DNA of 64,000 bases. Origin: Candidatus Krumholzibacteriota bacterium (GTDB taxonomy: Bacteria > Krumholzibacteriota > Krumholzibacteriia > LZORAL124-64-63). The stretch covers positions 1,120,620 through 1,184,619 of the forward strand of contig JAKLEB010000002.1 of assembly GCA_022711765.1 (NCBI GenBank), in the 5' to 3' direction. Shown here piece by piece: positions 39,568 through 49,447 of this stretch. A program made the translations under genes and the position numbers. Every line of letters begins with the position of its first letter. Within the stretch, counting starts at the first letter, position 1. The notes beneath the pieces were generated by a model, which saw nothing but the letters and a program-made list of their open reading frames with translations, was not told where the DNA came from and did not search any database.

Positions 39568-40803
39568 TTGTCCGACATTCGTCCGTTCCGGGGCCTGCGT
39601 CCCCGGCCCGATCTCGTCGCTCAGGTCGCCAGCCCGCCGTACGACGTCCTCAGCAGCGCCGAGGCGCGCGTGCAGGCCGCCGGCAACCCCCACAGTTTCC
39701 TGCACATCAACAAGGCCGAGATCGATCTGCCCGAGGACGTCGACGTCCACAGCGACGCGGTCTACGAGCGGAGCGCGGAGAACTTCCGGCGCTTCATCGC
39801 GGACGGGATCTTCGTGCGCGACCCCCAGGAGTGCTTCTACGTCTATCGCCTGCGCATGGGCGGCCACGTCCAGCACGGCATCGTGGCCGGCTTCAGCGTC
39901 CAGGAATACGAGGACGGCCTGATCAAGAAGCACGAGTTGACGCGCCGCGAGAAGGAGGACGACCGCGCCCGCCACGTCGAGAAGCTGATGGCGAATGCCG
40001 GGCCGGTCCTGTTGACCTTCCGCAACCGCCCGCAGATCCGCGCCTTCGTCGCGCGCACGATCGCCACGGCCCCGGCGGTCGATTTCACCGCGAAGGACGG
40101 GATCGGGCACGCGCTCTGGGTGGTGAAGGACGCGGCAGCGGTGAAGGAGCTGCGCGAGGCGTTCGCGGCGGTCCCGGCGACCTACGTCGCCGACGGTCAC
40201 CACCGGTCGGCTTCCGCCTTCCGCGTGCGCAACAACCTGCGCGCCCGCAACCCGCGCCACAGCGGGCAGGAGGGCTACAACCACTTCCTCGCGGTTGCGT
40301 TCCCCGACGACGAGCTGAAGATCATGGGCTACCACCGGGTCGTGCAGGACCTCAACGGCCTGTCCGCCGCCGAGTTCCTGGCGCGGGTCGAGCAGAGATT
40401 CGACGTCGCCGCGACGACGTCGCCCGAGCCGCGCCGAGCGCGGTCGTTCTCGATGTACCTCGACGGGCGGTGGACCACGCTCACGGCGCGGCCGGGGACG
40501 TTTCCGGCCGACCATCCCGTCCGGAGCCTCGACGCCGCGATCCTGCAGGACAACCTGCTCGCGCCGGTGCTCGGCATCGACGACCCGCGCACGAGCAATC
40601 GCATCGACTTCGTGGGCGGGATCCGCGGCACCGGCGAGCTCGAACGGCGTTGCCGCACGGACATGAAGATCGCATTCGCTCTCTATCCGGTGAGCGTCGC
40701 CCAGCTGATGGCCATCGCCGACGCGGGCGAGATCATGCCGCCGAAGAGTACCTGGTTCGAGCCGAAGCTGCGTTCGGGCGTCGTCGTCCGCACGCTCGAC
40801 TGA
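39568..40803 (+). CDS. DUF1015 family protein (conserved partner of serine-biosynthesis genes)
   Basis: ORF 39376..40803. Start placed at the in-frame TTG at 39568 (LSDIRPFRGLRP...) after a GGGAGG ribosome-binding site. About 411 aa, as typical for DUF1015. Immediately followed by serA-like and serC genes. Confidence 0.55.
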   Translation: MSDIRPFRGLRPRPDLVAQVASPPYDVLSSAEARVQAAGNPHSFLHINKAEIDLPEDVDVHSDAVYERSAENFRRFIADGIFVRDPQECFYVYRLRMGGHVQHGIVAGFSVQEYEDGLIKKHELTRREKEDDRARHVEKLMANAGPVLLTFRNRPQIRAFVARTIATAPAVDFTAKDGIGHALWVVKDAAAVKELREAFAAVPATYVADGHHRSASAFRVRNNLRARNPRHSGQEGYNHFLAVAFPDDELKIMGYHRVVQDLNGLSAAEFLARVEQRFDVAATTSPEPRRARSFSMYLDGRWTTLTARPGTFPADHPVRSLDAAILQDNLLAPVLGIDDPRTSNRIDFVGGIRGTGELERRCRTDMKIAFALYPVSVAQLMAIADAGEIMPPKSTWFEPKLRSGVVVRTLD

Positions 40804-40821
40804 GTGCGAAAGGAGCACGAG

Positions 40822-41706
40822 ATGCTGATCCTGATCTGCGATGCCTTCGACCCGGGTCTGCCCGCGAAGCTGGCCCGCTTCGGCGAGGTCACCGACGACA
40901 TGGGACGCCTCGGCCAGGCCGACGTGGCCCTGATCCGCTCCAAGACCAAGGCGACCCGGGAATGGCTCGCCGGCGCGAACAGCCTCAAACTCATCATTCG
41001 CGGCGGCGTGGGCATGGACAACATCGACAAGGCGGCGGCCAAGGAAAGGGGCATCCGCGCCACGAACACGCCGAAGGCCTCGAGCATCGCGGTCGCCGAG
41101 CTCGCCTTCGCGATGATGCTCGCCGTGCCCAACCAGCTCATCAAGGCGCACAACTCGATGGTCGCGGGCGAGTTCCTCAAGAAGGAGCTCAAGCGGACCG
41201 AGCTGTTCGGCAAGACTCTGGGCCTTGTCGGCATCGGCAACATCGCTCAGGAGGTGGCCAGGCGCGCCGCCGCCTTCGGCATGGTCGTGAAGTACTACGA
41301 CCCCTACGTGGCCAAGAGCCCGCTCGCGGCCAAGGTCGCGACCCTGGCCGAGCTGTTCCGGACGAGCGACTACATCAGCATGCACCTGCCACTGACCCCG
41401 GAGACCGAGAACCTGGTCAACGCGGACATCCTCGCCGGGGCCAAGAAGGGAATCGTCGTCGTGAACACCGGCCGCGGCAAGACCGTGGACGCCAAGGCGA
41501 TGGCCGCCGCCCTCAAGAGCGGCCAGGTCGCCGCCTACGCCACCGACGTCTGGCCGAGCGACCCGCCGCCGGCGGACTACGAACTCCTGAAAGCGCCCAA
41601 CGTGCTCATGGCGCCGCACCTGGGCGCGAGCACCAAGGAGAACCTGCTGCGCATCGGCGCCGAGGTCGAGCAGATCATCGAAGCCTTCGTCAAGGAGGGG
41701 AAATAG
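40822..41706 (+). CDS. serA: D-3-phosphoglycerate dehydrogenase-like 2-hydroxyacid dehydrogenase (short form)
   Basis: ORF 40804..41706. Start placed at the ATG at 40822 (MLILICDAF) after an AAAGGAG ribosome-binding site. NAD-binding GLVGIGNIAQ motif. D-isomer-specific 2-hydroxyacid dehydrogenase fold. Confidence 0.7.
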   Translation: MLILICDAFDPGLPAKLARFGEVTDDMGRLGQADVALIRSKTKATREWLAGANSLKLIIRGGVGMDNIDKAAAKERGIRATNTPKASSIAVAELAFAMMLAVPNQLIKAHNSMVAGEFLKKELKRTELFGKTLGLVGIGNIAQEVARRAAAFGMVVKYYDPYVAKSPLAAKVATLAELFRTSDYISMHLPLTPETENLVNADILAGAKKGIVVVNTGRGKTVDAKAMAAALKSGQVAAYATDVWPSDPPPADYELLKAPNVLMAPHLGASTKENLLRIGAEVEQIIEAFVKEGK

Positions 41707-41708
41707 TC

Positions 41709-42791
41709 ATGGCGCGCATCTTCAACTTCGCGGCCGGCCCGTCGACGCTGCCCCTGCCCGTGCTCGAGCAGGTCCAGAAGGACCTGGTCAACTACAAGAG
41801 CGCCGGCTTCTCGCTGATCGAGGCCAGCCATCGCGGTTCGCACTACAGCGAGGTCCACGCGGCTGCCGGCGCGGGTCTGCGCAAGCTGCTCGGCCTGCCG
41901 GACAACTACAAGGTCCTGTGGCTGCAGGGCGGCGCCACGTTGCAGTTCAGCATGGTCCCCTTGAACCTGCTCGCGGGCGGCAAGCCGGCGGACTACACGC
42001 TCACCGGCACCTGGGCCAAGAAGGCGATCGCCGACGCCAAGAAGGTCGGCAAGGTCACCGTCGTCTTCGACGGGACCGAGCAGAAGTTCATGACCCTGCC
42101 CAAGGCGTCCGCGGTCAAGGCCACGGCGGGCGCCACGTACCTGCACCTGACGAGCAACGAGACGATCGGCGGCGTCCAGTGGCAGGAATGGCCGCAGGTG
42201 GGCGTGCCCATCGTCTGCGACATGAGCAGCGACTTCCTGAGCCGGCGGATCCCGCTCGAGAAGTTCGGCCTGATCTACGCCGGCGCCCAGAAGAACCTCG
42301 GTCCGGCCGGGCTCGCCGTGGTGATCATCCGCGACGACATGCTCGCGCAGTGCAGCGAGGAGCTCACGGCGTATCTCAGCTACAAGGTCCACGCCGGCGA
42401 GGATTCGCTGTACAACACGCCGCCGGTGTTCCCGATCTGGGTGTCGCGCCTGGTGATCGACTACCTGAACGGCAACGGCGGCCTGCCCTGGGTGGAGACG
42501 CTGGCCCAGGAGCGCAGCAGCCTGCTCTACTCGATGATCGCCAAGCACCCGAACTTCTATCGCTGCCCGGTGGACGCCCACTGCCGCAGCAAGATGAACG
42601 TGGTCTGGCGGCTGCCGACCGAGGACCTCGAGAAGCAGTTCATCACCGAGGCCAAGGCTGCGGGCATGGACGGGCTCAAGGGTCACCGGTCGGTCGGCGG
42701 GTGCCGAGCCAGCATCTACAACGCGATGCCGGTGGAAGGCGCGGCCGCGCTCGCCGACTTCATGGACAAGTTCGCCAGGAAGCACGGCTAG
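41709..42791 (+). CDS. serC: Phosphoserine aminotransferase
   Basis: 3' part of the track ORF 39324..42791. Real start is the ATG at 41709 (MARIFNFAAGPSTLP), the classic SerC N-terminus. PLP-dependent class V aminotransferase. Confidence 0.85.
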   Translation: MARIFNFAAGPSTLPLPVLEQVQKDLVNYKSAGFSLIEASHRGSHYSEVHAAAGAGLRKLLGLPDNYKVLWLQGGATLQFSMVPLNLLAGGKPADYTLTGTWAKKAIADAKKVGKVTVVFDGTEQKFMTLPKASAVKATAGATYLHLTSNETIGGVQWQEWPQVGVPIVCDMSSDFLSRRIPLEKFGLIYAGAQKNLGPAGLAVVIIRDDMLAQCSEELTAYLSYKVHAGEDSLYNTPPVFPIWVSRLVIDYLNGNGGLPWVETLAQERSSLLYSMIAKHPNFYRCPVDAHCRSKMNVVWRLPTEDLEKQFITEAKAAGMDGLKGHRSVGGCRASIYNAMPVEGAAALADFMDKFARKHG

Positions 42792-42815
42792 CGCGGGCGC
42801 GGGCGACGGTTCGCG

Positions 42816-42843
42816 GGGGCTCCGGCCAGGTGGCCGGAGCCCC
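42816..42843 (+). terminator. Terminator-like hairpin after serC
   Basis: Perfect 12-bp stem GGGGCTCCGGCC / GGCCGGAGCCCC with loop AGGT, 25 nt after the stop. Confidence 0.5.
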
Positions 42844-42947
42844 GTTCGCCTGGGCGCCACCCCGGGAGAATGGCCGCGCCTGACGCATCTGCGATTCACC
42901 TCAGAAAGTCTCAAGCAATCTGATGCTAGGCAGGCAAATCTGATTCG

Positions 42948-42956
42948 TGATATAAT
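42948..42956 (+). promoter_or_regulatory. Extended -10 promoter (TGaTATAAT) for the metalloprotease gene
   Basis: Perfect TATAAT preceded by TG, in an AT-richer stretch. Two direct repeats AATCTGAT lie just upstream (at about 42917 and about 42937). Confidence 0.5.
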
Positions 42957-43076
42957 GCGAGTCGATCTGCCGCGTCTGGTCCGGCGCCCGCTGACCGGCC
43001 GGGCGGGGAGCGTCAGCCGTCACCCCTGACCCCGCTCTGGCTGCTTCCTGTCGCCACCAACCGAGGAGTGTTGCGA

Positions 43077-46043
43077 ATGCCCACCGTGAAATCTGCCATC
43101 AGAAGCGTGGCTCTGCTGGGCGCCCTGGCGCTCGTGCTCGCCGCGGCGTCGGCCTCCGCCTTCAACCCCGCCGACGACGTCAATCAGCGCTACGAGGTCC
43201 GGCTGCCCGCCTTCCGCGGCGACCACGCGAAGGACTTCGGCGGCCTGGCAGCCAGCCAGCGCGCCGAGGCGACCCTGGCCGCCCGGTACGGCGGCACCTG
43301 GACCGTCCATGCCTGGAGTGCCCAGACCGAGACTCCTCGCTGGGTGTACGGTTCCGCCCCCCGCCTCGCGCCGGCGATCACGTCGGCCGCCCAGGTCGAG
43401 CAGCTCGCCCGACAGACGGTGGCGGCGAACTACGACGTGCTGGGCGCGGATGTGGATGACCTCGAGGTCGTCGCCACGCCGCGGGCGATGGGCAAGTGGG
43501 CCGCCCACCTGCAGCAGTACTGGAACGGCTATCCGGTGTGGCAGGGCAAGGTCCGCCTGGTCTTCCACGAGAACGGCAACCTGATGCTCATGGGTTCGGA
43601 CTTCCACCGCAACATCGACCTCGATCCGCGACCTGCCCTGACCCCGGGCGCCGCTGCGGACCAGGCTCGCCGCGACCTGCCGTACCAGCCCGAGCTGGGC
43701 GACAGCTACGAGGTCGAGCCCGAGCTGATGGTGCTGCCGGTGCCCGTGTCCGAGTCCGACCTGGAGTACCACCTGGTCTACCGGGTGCGCGTATCGACCG
43801 CCGAGCCGCTCGGCGAGTGGGTCACCCACGTGGACGCCCACACCGGCGATGTCGTGTGGCGTTACAACGACGTCCACTTCGATTTCGGCGGCGACGCCGA
43901 GCACGAGATCCAGCCGCACACCTACTGCAATCCCGATGAATTCACCGCCGCCCCCTACCTGAACCTCACGGTCAGCGGCGTCGGCTCGACGACGACGAAC
44001 GCTGCGGGAGCCTGGAGCGTGGCCGGCGGCGGCGCCTCGGCGACCGTGACGTCGACGCTGCAGGGCCCCTACGTGCGGGTCTACAACCAGAACGGGACGA
44101 GCGCGGCGTTCTCCGGGACGGCCTTCGCCGGGGTGCCCTTCACCCTCAGCTGGAACGATCTCAACGCCCGCCAGGACGAGCGCGACGTGTTCGACGCGGT
44201 CAACCGCATCCACACGTTCTTCCAGGCGTTCGACCCGACCTTCAACTACGTCAACGTGCCGATCAACGCCTACGTCAACCGCACCGACGGCTATTGCCCG
44301 GGCAACGCCTGGTGGAACGGCACGATCAACTTCTGCGCCGGCACCTCGACCTACGGCAACACGGGCGAGATCCAGCAGGTCGTCGAACACGAGTTCGGCC
44401 ATGGCGTCCAGGACGCGATCCTGGGCGGCACTCAGGGCAACGAGGGCCTGGGCGAGGGCAACAGCGACATCCTGGGCAACCTCATCACCCAGGACCACAT
44501 CATCGGCCTCGGCTTCTACCTCAACAACTGCACGAGCGGCATCCGCGATGCGCTGAACACCATGCAGTACCCGGAAGACCTCAACGGCAGCGTGCACAAC
44601 GACGGTCAGATCATCGCCGGCTTCAACTGGGACAGCATGGTCCTGTTCCAGGCCGCCTTCGGCCGCGATCCCGGCACGGTCATGTCGGCGGAGCGCTGGC
44701 ACTTCGGCCGCGTGCTGATGCACCCGATGTACCAGGACGACCAGGTGTTCGCGACCTTCATCGCCGACGACGACAACGGCGACCTCGACGACGGCACGCC
44801 GAACTACGACATCCTGGCCGAGGCGGCTGAGAACCACAGCTACCTGGTGCCCGAGATCCTGGTCGGCATGTTCGTCTACCATGACGGCGCGCCGTATCAG
44901 ACGGCATCGGTCGGCAATTACCAGATCAAGTGCACGGGCGCATCGCTCGGCGGCGGCGAGGTCGACGCCGGCAGCTTCGAGCTGCATTATGAGATCGACG
45001 GCGGCGCCATGACCACGGTGTCCATGACGGCGAGCGGCGACGAGTTCGTCGGTTTCATCCCGAGCCAGATCTACGGCTCGGTGGTGCGGTACTACATCTC
45101 GGCGCAGAACACCCTCGGCATGGTCGGCACCAGCCCGCGCGAGGCGCCGGCGGTGCTGCACTATTTCGAGGTCAACGACCAGTTCGACGACGCGATGGAG
45201 ATCGCCACGGCGTGGGTGGGCGGCGTTCCCGGCGACACCGCCGGATCCGGGACCTGGGAGCGGGCGGTGCCCCAGGGGACCACGTACAACGGCACGCCGG
45301 TCCAGCTCGGCGCGGACCATACGCCGGATCCCGGCGTCGCCTGCTGGGTCACCGGTGCCGCGGCCGGCAGCGCCGCGGGCTCCAACGACGTGGACGGCGG
45401 CCGCACGACGCTGCTGAGCCCGCTGTTCGACCTGACCGGCGGCCAGAACATCCAGATCAGCTACTGGCGCCACTACACCAACGCGCTGGGCAACTCGCCC
45501 AACCTGGACTACTGGCGCGCCGACATCTCGAACGACGGCGGCGCGACCTGGACCGCGCTCGAGAACTCGACCGTTTCGGACACGGCGTGGCAGCAGAAGA
45601 CCTACGCGCTGAGCACCTATTTCCCGGTGCCCGGCGTCGTGCGCCTGCGTTTCATCGCCGAGGACGCCGGCGACGGCTCGCTCGTCGAAGCCCAGGTCGA
45701 CGACTTCATGCTCGTCGGCGAATTCGTCGATCCGACGCCCGTCGAGGGCAGCCCCGAGCTGCAGCTCGTCTTCGGGCTCGATCAGAACCGCCCCAATCCG
45801 TTCAACCCGACCACGCAGGTCAAGTTCAGCCTCGACCGGGCCGGCGCGGCGAGCCTGCGGGTCTTCGACGCCCGCGGCCATCTCGTCAAGACCCTGGTGA
45901 ACGAGAACCTGGCGGCCGGAGCTCATACGATCACCTGGAACGGCGACGACAATGGCGGCCGCCCGGTCGCGTCCGGCGTCTACTTCTATCGCCTCGAGGC
46001 GAACGGCCAGACGGCCGAGCGGCGGATGCTGCTGGTGAAATAA
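43077..46043 (+). CDS. Secreted thermolysin-like (M4-type) zinc metalloprotease with a T9SS/FlgD-Ig-like C-terminal domain
   Basis: ORF 43068..46043. Start placed at the ATG at 43077 (MPTVKSAIRSVALLGALALVLAAASASA) after a GAGGAG ribosome-binding site. HEFGHGVQD ... GEGNSDILG resembles the thermolysin pattern HExxH ... NExxSD. C-terminus RPNPFNPTTQVKFSL...VFDARGHLVKTLV...GVYFYRLEANGQTAERRMLLVK. Confidence 0.7.
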   Translation: MPTVKSAIRSVALLGALALVLAAASASAFNPADDVNQRYEVRLPAFRGDHAKDFGGLAASQRAEATLAARYGGTWTVHAWSAQTETPRWVYGSAPRLAPAITSAAQVEQLARQTVAANYDVLGADVDDLEVVATPRAMGKWAAHLQQYWNGYPVWQGKVRLVFHENGNLMLMGSDFHRNIDLDPRPALTPGAAADQARRDLPYQPELGDSYEVEPELMVLPVPVSESDLEYHLVYRVRVSTAEPLGEWVTHVDAHTGDVVWRYNDVHFDFGGDAEHEIQPHTYCNPDEFTAAPYLNLTVSGVGSTTTNAAGAWSVAGGGASATVTSTLQGPYVRVYNQNGTSAAFSGTAFAGVPFTLSWNDLNARQDERDVFDAVNRIHTFFQAFDPTFNYVNVPINAYVNRTDGYCPGNAWWNGTINFCAGTSTYGNTGEIQQVVEHEFGHGVQDAILGGTQGNEGLGEGNSDILGNLITQDHIIGLGFYLNNCTSGIRDALNTMQYPEDLNGSVHNDGQIIAGFNWDSMVLFQAAFGRDPGTVMSAERWHFGRVLMHPMYQDDQVFATFIADDDNGDLDDGTPNYDILAEAAENHSYLVPEILVGMFVYHDGAPYQTASVGNYQIKCTGASLGGGEVDAGSFELHYEIDGGAMTTVSMTASGDEFVGFIPSQIYGSVVRYYISAQNTLGMVGTSPREAPAVLHYFEVNDQFDDAMEIATAWVGGVPGDTAGSGTWERAVPQGTTYNGTPVQLGADHTPDPGVACWVTGAAAGSAAGSNDVDGGRTTLLSPLFDLTGGQNIQISYWRHYTNALGNSPNLDYWRADISNDGGATWTALENSTVSDTAWQQKTYALSTYFPVPGVVRLRFIAEDAGDGSLVEAQVDDFMLVGEFVDPTPVEGSPELQLVFGLDQNRPNPFNPTTQVKFSLDRAGAASLRVFDARGHLVKTLVNENLAAGAHTITWNGDDNGGRPVASGVYFYRLEANGQTAERRMLLVK

Positions 46044-46081
46044 TCCGCTGGCGGCCCGAGCCGCGAGCGGTAAGCAAGGAA

Positions 46082-46109
46082 GGGCCCCGGCTGGCGACGG
46101 CCGGGGCCC
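46082..46109. terminator. Hairpin between the convergent metalloprotease and MFS genes
   Basis: 10-bp stem GGGCCCCGGC / GCCGGGGCCC with an 8-nt loop. Confidence 0.4.
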
Positions 46110-46132
46110 TCGTGTCTCGCGCGCGGCGGCGC

Positions 46133-47416
46133 TCAGGCCTTGATCGTGTCCAGTCCGTGGCCGCCCGGTCCGGCCTCGGCGCGTCGCAGCATGATGGCGA
46201 AGAAGAGCGCCAGGAACCCGAGGACGCTGAAGATCCACATCCCCGGGATGTAGCCGCCGGGGTCGGCCGCGCTCGCGCCCGCCACGTCGTTGGCCTTGCC
46301 GATGAGCCAGTTCATGCCCGCCACGCCGATCTGCTGCACCAGCGTCATCAGCGAGTAGGCGGTGCCCAGCCGCTTCTGGTCCACGATGTACGCGACCGAC
46401 GGCCACATGATCGCGGGGATCAGGGAGAACGCGACGCCCATGAGCGCGATCGGCACGCCCAGGGGCAGGAGCTGGTAGGCGAGCAGCAGGTACACCGGCA
46501 TCAGGAGGAACGCTCCGAGCAGCATCAGGTGGGTGCGCCGGCCGACCTTGTCGACGAGCAGCCCGAAGAGCGGGGTCACGATCATCGCCGACAGGGGCAG
46601 CACGCTATTGGCCTGGCCGGCGGCTTCGCGGGTCATGCCCCAGGCCTCGATGAAGAACTTGATGGCGAAGCTGCGGAACGGGAAGATCGCCGAGTAGAAC
46701 GTCACGCAGAGCGCCACGACGAACCAGAACGAGCGGTCGAACCGGAAGAGGTCGCTCCAGGTGAACTTGTCGGTCGCGCCGGCCTGGCCGAGTCCGAAAC
46801 GGCGCCTGGCGTTGGCCTCGAGCGCGCCGTAGCCGAGAGACGAGACGACACAGAACGCGCCGATCACGGCGGCCACGACGAGGGGCGCCTGCCAGCTCGT
46901 GTAGGCGAACTTGGCCCAGGTCGGGGACCAGTCGGCCGCGACCGAGCCCAGGCGAGCCACCGTCAGGTTGATGCCGAAGGCGAAGCTGAGCTCGCGCCCC
47001 TTGAACCACTTGGCGAGCGCCGTGGTGATGGCCACGATGAGCGGTTCGGCGCCGAGGCCGAGGATGAAGCGCGCCGCCATCATCACCGAGAAGCTGTCGG
47101 TCACGGCGTTGACCACGCCGGCCACGGTGCACAGCGCGCCGAAGATGATGGTCGATTTGACCGTCCCGTAGCGGTCGATGAACACGCCGCCGAACATGAG
47201 CACGATCACGGCGGCGATGCTGTAGATCGAGTAGAGGCTGCCGATGTCCGCGTCCGAGTAGCCGAGGTCCTTCTTCAGGAGGTCCGCGATCGGCGCGATG
47301 CTGTCGTAGACGTAGTAGTTCCCGAACATCGCCAGGCTGATGACGATCAGGACCAGCCAGCGGTACGACCGGGGGATGGGCCTGCTCTCCTGGACGGCGG
47401 CGGGGTTGGCCGGCAT
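46133..47416 (-). CDS. MFS transporter
   Basis: ORF 46133..47491. Start placed at the ATG at 47416 (MPANPAAV...) after an AGGAGA ribosome-binding site. Twelve predicted TM segments. Confidence 0.7.
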   Translation of the reverse strand: MPANPAAVQESRPIPRSYRWLVLIVISLAMFGNYYVYDSIAPIADLLKKDLGYSDADIGSLYSIYSIAAVIVLMFGGVFIDRYGTVKSTIIFGALCTVAGVVNAVTDSFSVMMAARFILGLGAEPLIVAITTALAKWFKGRELSFAFGINLTVARLGSVAADWSPTWAKFAYTSWQAPLVVAAVIGAFCVVSSLGYGALEANARRRFGLGQAGATDKFTWSDLFRFDRSFWFVVALCVTFYSAIFPFRSFAIKFFIEAWGMTREAAGQANSVLPLSAMIVTPLFGLLVDKVGRRTHLMLLGAFLLMPVYLLLAYQLLPLGVPIALMGVAFSLIPAIMWPSVAYIVDQKRLGTAYSLMTLVQQIGVAGMNWLIGKANDVAGASAADPGGYIPGMWIFSVLGFLALFFAIMLRRAEAGPGGHGLDTIKA

Positions 47417-47500
47417 GGCTCTCTCCTGAAGCTGGGGTGGACGAGGCGGCGAGCGGGGTCCAATATGGGGTATCGGCGGGCGCGGCGGCAACGGGAGATG

Positions 47501-48250
47501 TCAGCGCCACGCGACCCGCGCCCGGCACACGTCCTTGCCGTCGCTCTGGCGCACCAGCGCGTGCAGCCAGGCGTGCGGCCGGCCCGATTCGGCGAGACGC
47601 CGGCTGACGAGGGTGTCCGGGTACTGCCCCTCGGCCAGGAAGTTCAGTTCGATCTCGGCGATCTCGTGGTTGCGCAGCCATTCGGCCGAGTACGACTCCA
47701 TCAGCAATTCCTGGTACCGGGTGTTCGTGACGTGGCCGACGAGGTCGAGGTCCCCCCAGCGCAGCGGCACGGCGACCTCGGCGTCGGCGTCGGCGATCGC
47801 GGGCAGGCGGCCGCAGTCGCCGTCGAGGGCGCGCTCGTCAGCCTGCCACGGGCGTGTGCGCCAGCGTTCGGGCGAGACGGGCCGGCGGTCGGCGAGGTCG
47901 AGGCAGAACCAGGCGCTGGCCGCGGCGGCGAAGACCGCGCCGGTCTCGGCGCGCAGCCGGAAATCCCGCAAGGCGCGCCGGCGGACGATGTCGCGCGGCC
48001 AGGTCTCGATCCGGATGCGGTCGCGGAAGCGGGGATAGCGGTCGACGCGGATCAGGAGGCCGGAGAGCACCCAGGTCTGGCCGGCCCGCTGCAGGTCGTC
48101 GAAACCCGCGCCGAGGGTCCGGGCGTTCGTTTCGGCCGCTTCCTGCATGAACCGGCCCATGGCGGCGGTCGTCAGGAGCCCGCGCGCGTCGACGTCCCAG
48201 CTCGCGACCTGAAACTCCACGCCAGTCAGCCGGGCGATCTCGTGGTCCAT
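47501..48250 (-). CDS. Acyl-ACP thioesterase family protein (double hotdog fold)
   Basis: ORF in the track, 249 aa. GAGGAGG ribosome-binding site. Similar to FatA/FatB-type acyl-ACP thioesterases. Confidence 0.55.
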   Translation of the reverse strand: MDHEIARLTGVEFQVASWDVDARGLLTTAAMGRFMQEAAETNARTLGAGFDDLQRAGQTWVLSGLLIRVDRYPRFRDRIRIETWPRDIVRRRALRDFRLRAETGAVFAAAASAWFCLDLADRRPVSPERWRTRPWQADERALDGDCGRLPAIADADAEVAVPLRWGDLDLVGHVTNTRYQELLMESYSAEWLRNHEIAEIELNFLAEGQYPDTLVSRRLAESGRPHAWLHALVRQSDGKDVCRARVAWR

Positions 48251-48374
48251 GGCGGCCTCCTCGCTTGAAGCAAAGGAAGCCGGACCGCGCGAGTCAAGGA
48301 CCTGAATCGATCGCCGTGCGGTTCTCGCTTGGGCCCCGCGCCGATCCGCGCTAGTCTTGCCGGCAGGAGGCCCG

Positions 48375-49400
48375 ATGCGCGAGCAGGACAGCGACGATCA
48401 ACCCGGCGGGCGGCGGCGCCGCCTGGCGACCGATGAGTACGTGGCCGGGGTCCTGTCCGGCGACCGCGCCCTGCTCGCGCGCGCGATCACCCTGATCGAG
48501 AGCAACGCGCCGGCGCATTTCGACCAGGCGCAGGAGATCGTGCAGGCGCTCCTGCCCTATCGCGGCCGGGCCGTGCGGGTGGGGATCACCGGCACGCCCG
48601 GCGCCGGCAAGAGCACCTTCATCGAGACCCTCGGCACCCTCCTGACCGGCGCGGGCCACCGCCTCGCGGTCGCGGCGGTCGATCCCAGCAGCACCGTGAC
48701 CGGCGGCAGCGTCCTCGGCGACAAGACCCGCATGACGAGGCTCGCCACCGACCCGCGGGCGTTCGTGAGACCGTCGCCGTCGGGCGGCACGCTCGGCGGC
48801 GTGACCCGCAAGACCCGGGAGACGATCCTGCTCTTCGAGGCGGCGGGTTACGACATCGTCGTGGTGGAGACGATGGGCGTGGGCCAGGGCGAGACCGTGG
48901 TCCGGGAGATGGTCGACTTCTTCCTGCTCCTGCTGATCGCGGGCGGCGGCGACGAGTTGCAGGGGATCAAGAAGGGCGTGATCGAGCTCGCCGACGCGAT
49001 CGTGGTCAACAAGGCCGACGGCGCGAACCGTCAGGCGGCCGACCTCGCGCGCGCGGAGTACGAACAGGCGCTGCACTACCTGCGGCCGGCGACGGCCGGC
49101 TGGCAGACGCGGGCGTTCACGGCGTCGGCGCTCACGGGCGAGGGGGTCCGCGAGGTCTGGCGCGTGGTCGAGACGTTCCTGGATCGGACGAGGCAGAGCG
49201 GCGGGCTCGAGGAACGACGGCGGCGGCAGGAGCGCCAGTGGGTGCGGCAGCTGGTGCGCGACCGGCTGGAAGAGGTGTTCCTGGGCCACCCCGAGGTCGC
49301 GCGCCTTCTGCCCGGGCTCGAGACGGCCGTCGAGCGCGGCGAGATCCCGGCGGTCACGGCGGCGCGCCGGTTACTGGACGCGTTCGGCTCCTTGACCTAG
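48375..49400 (+). CDS. meaB: MeaB/ArgK-like GTPase (methylmalonyl-CoA mutase-associated G-protein family)
   Basis: ORF 48357..49400. Start placed at the ATG at 48375 after an AGGAGG ribosome-binding site. P-loop ITGTPGAGKSTF and NKAD G4 motif. Confidence 0.75.
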   Translation: MREQDSDDQPGGRRRRLATDEYVAGVLSGDRALLARAITLIESNAPAHFDQAQEIVQALLPYRGRAVRVGITGTPGAGKSTFIETLGTLLTGAGHRLAVAAVDPSSTVTGGSVLGDKTRMTRLATDPRAFVRPSPSGGTLGGVTRKTRETILLFEAAGYDIVVVETMGVGQGETVVREMVDFFLLLLIAGGGDELQGIKKGVIELADAIVVNKADGANRQAADLARAEYEQALHYLRPATAGWQTRAFTASALTGEGVREVWRVVETFLDRTRQSGGLEERRRRQERQWVRQLVRDRLEEVFLGHPEVARLLPGLETAVERGEIPAVTAARRLLDAFGSLT

Positions 49401-49447
49401 ATTTCCCGCTTCGCCTGGAACCTGGCCGAGACTGCGAGGCTGCCGCG

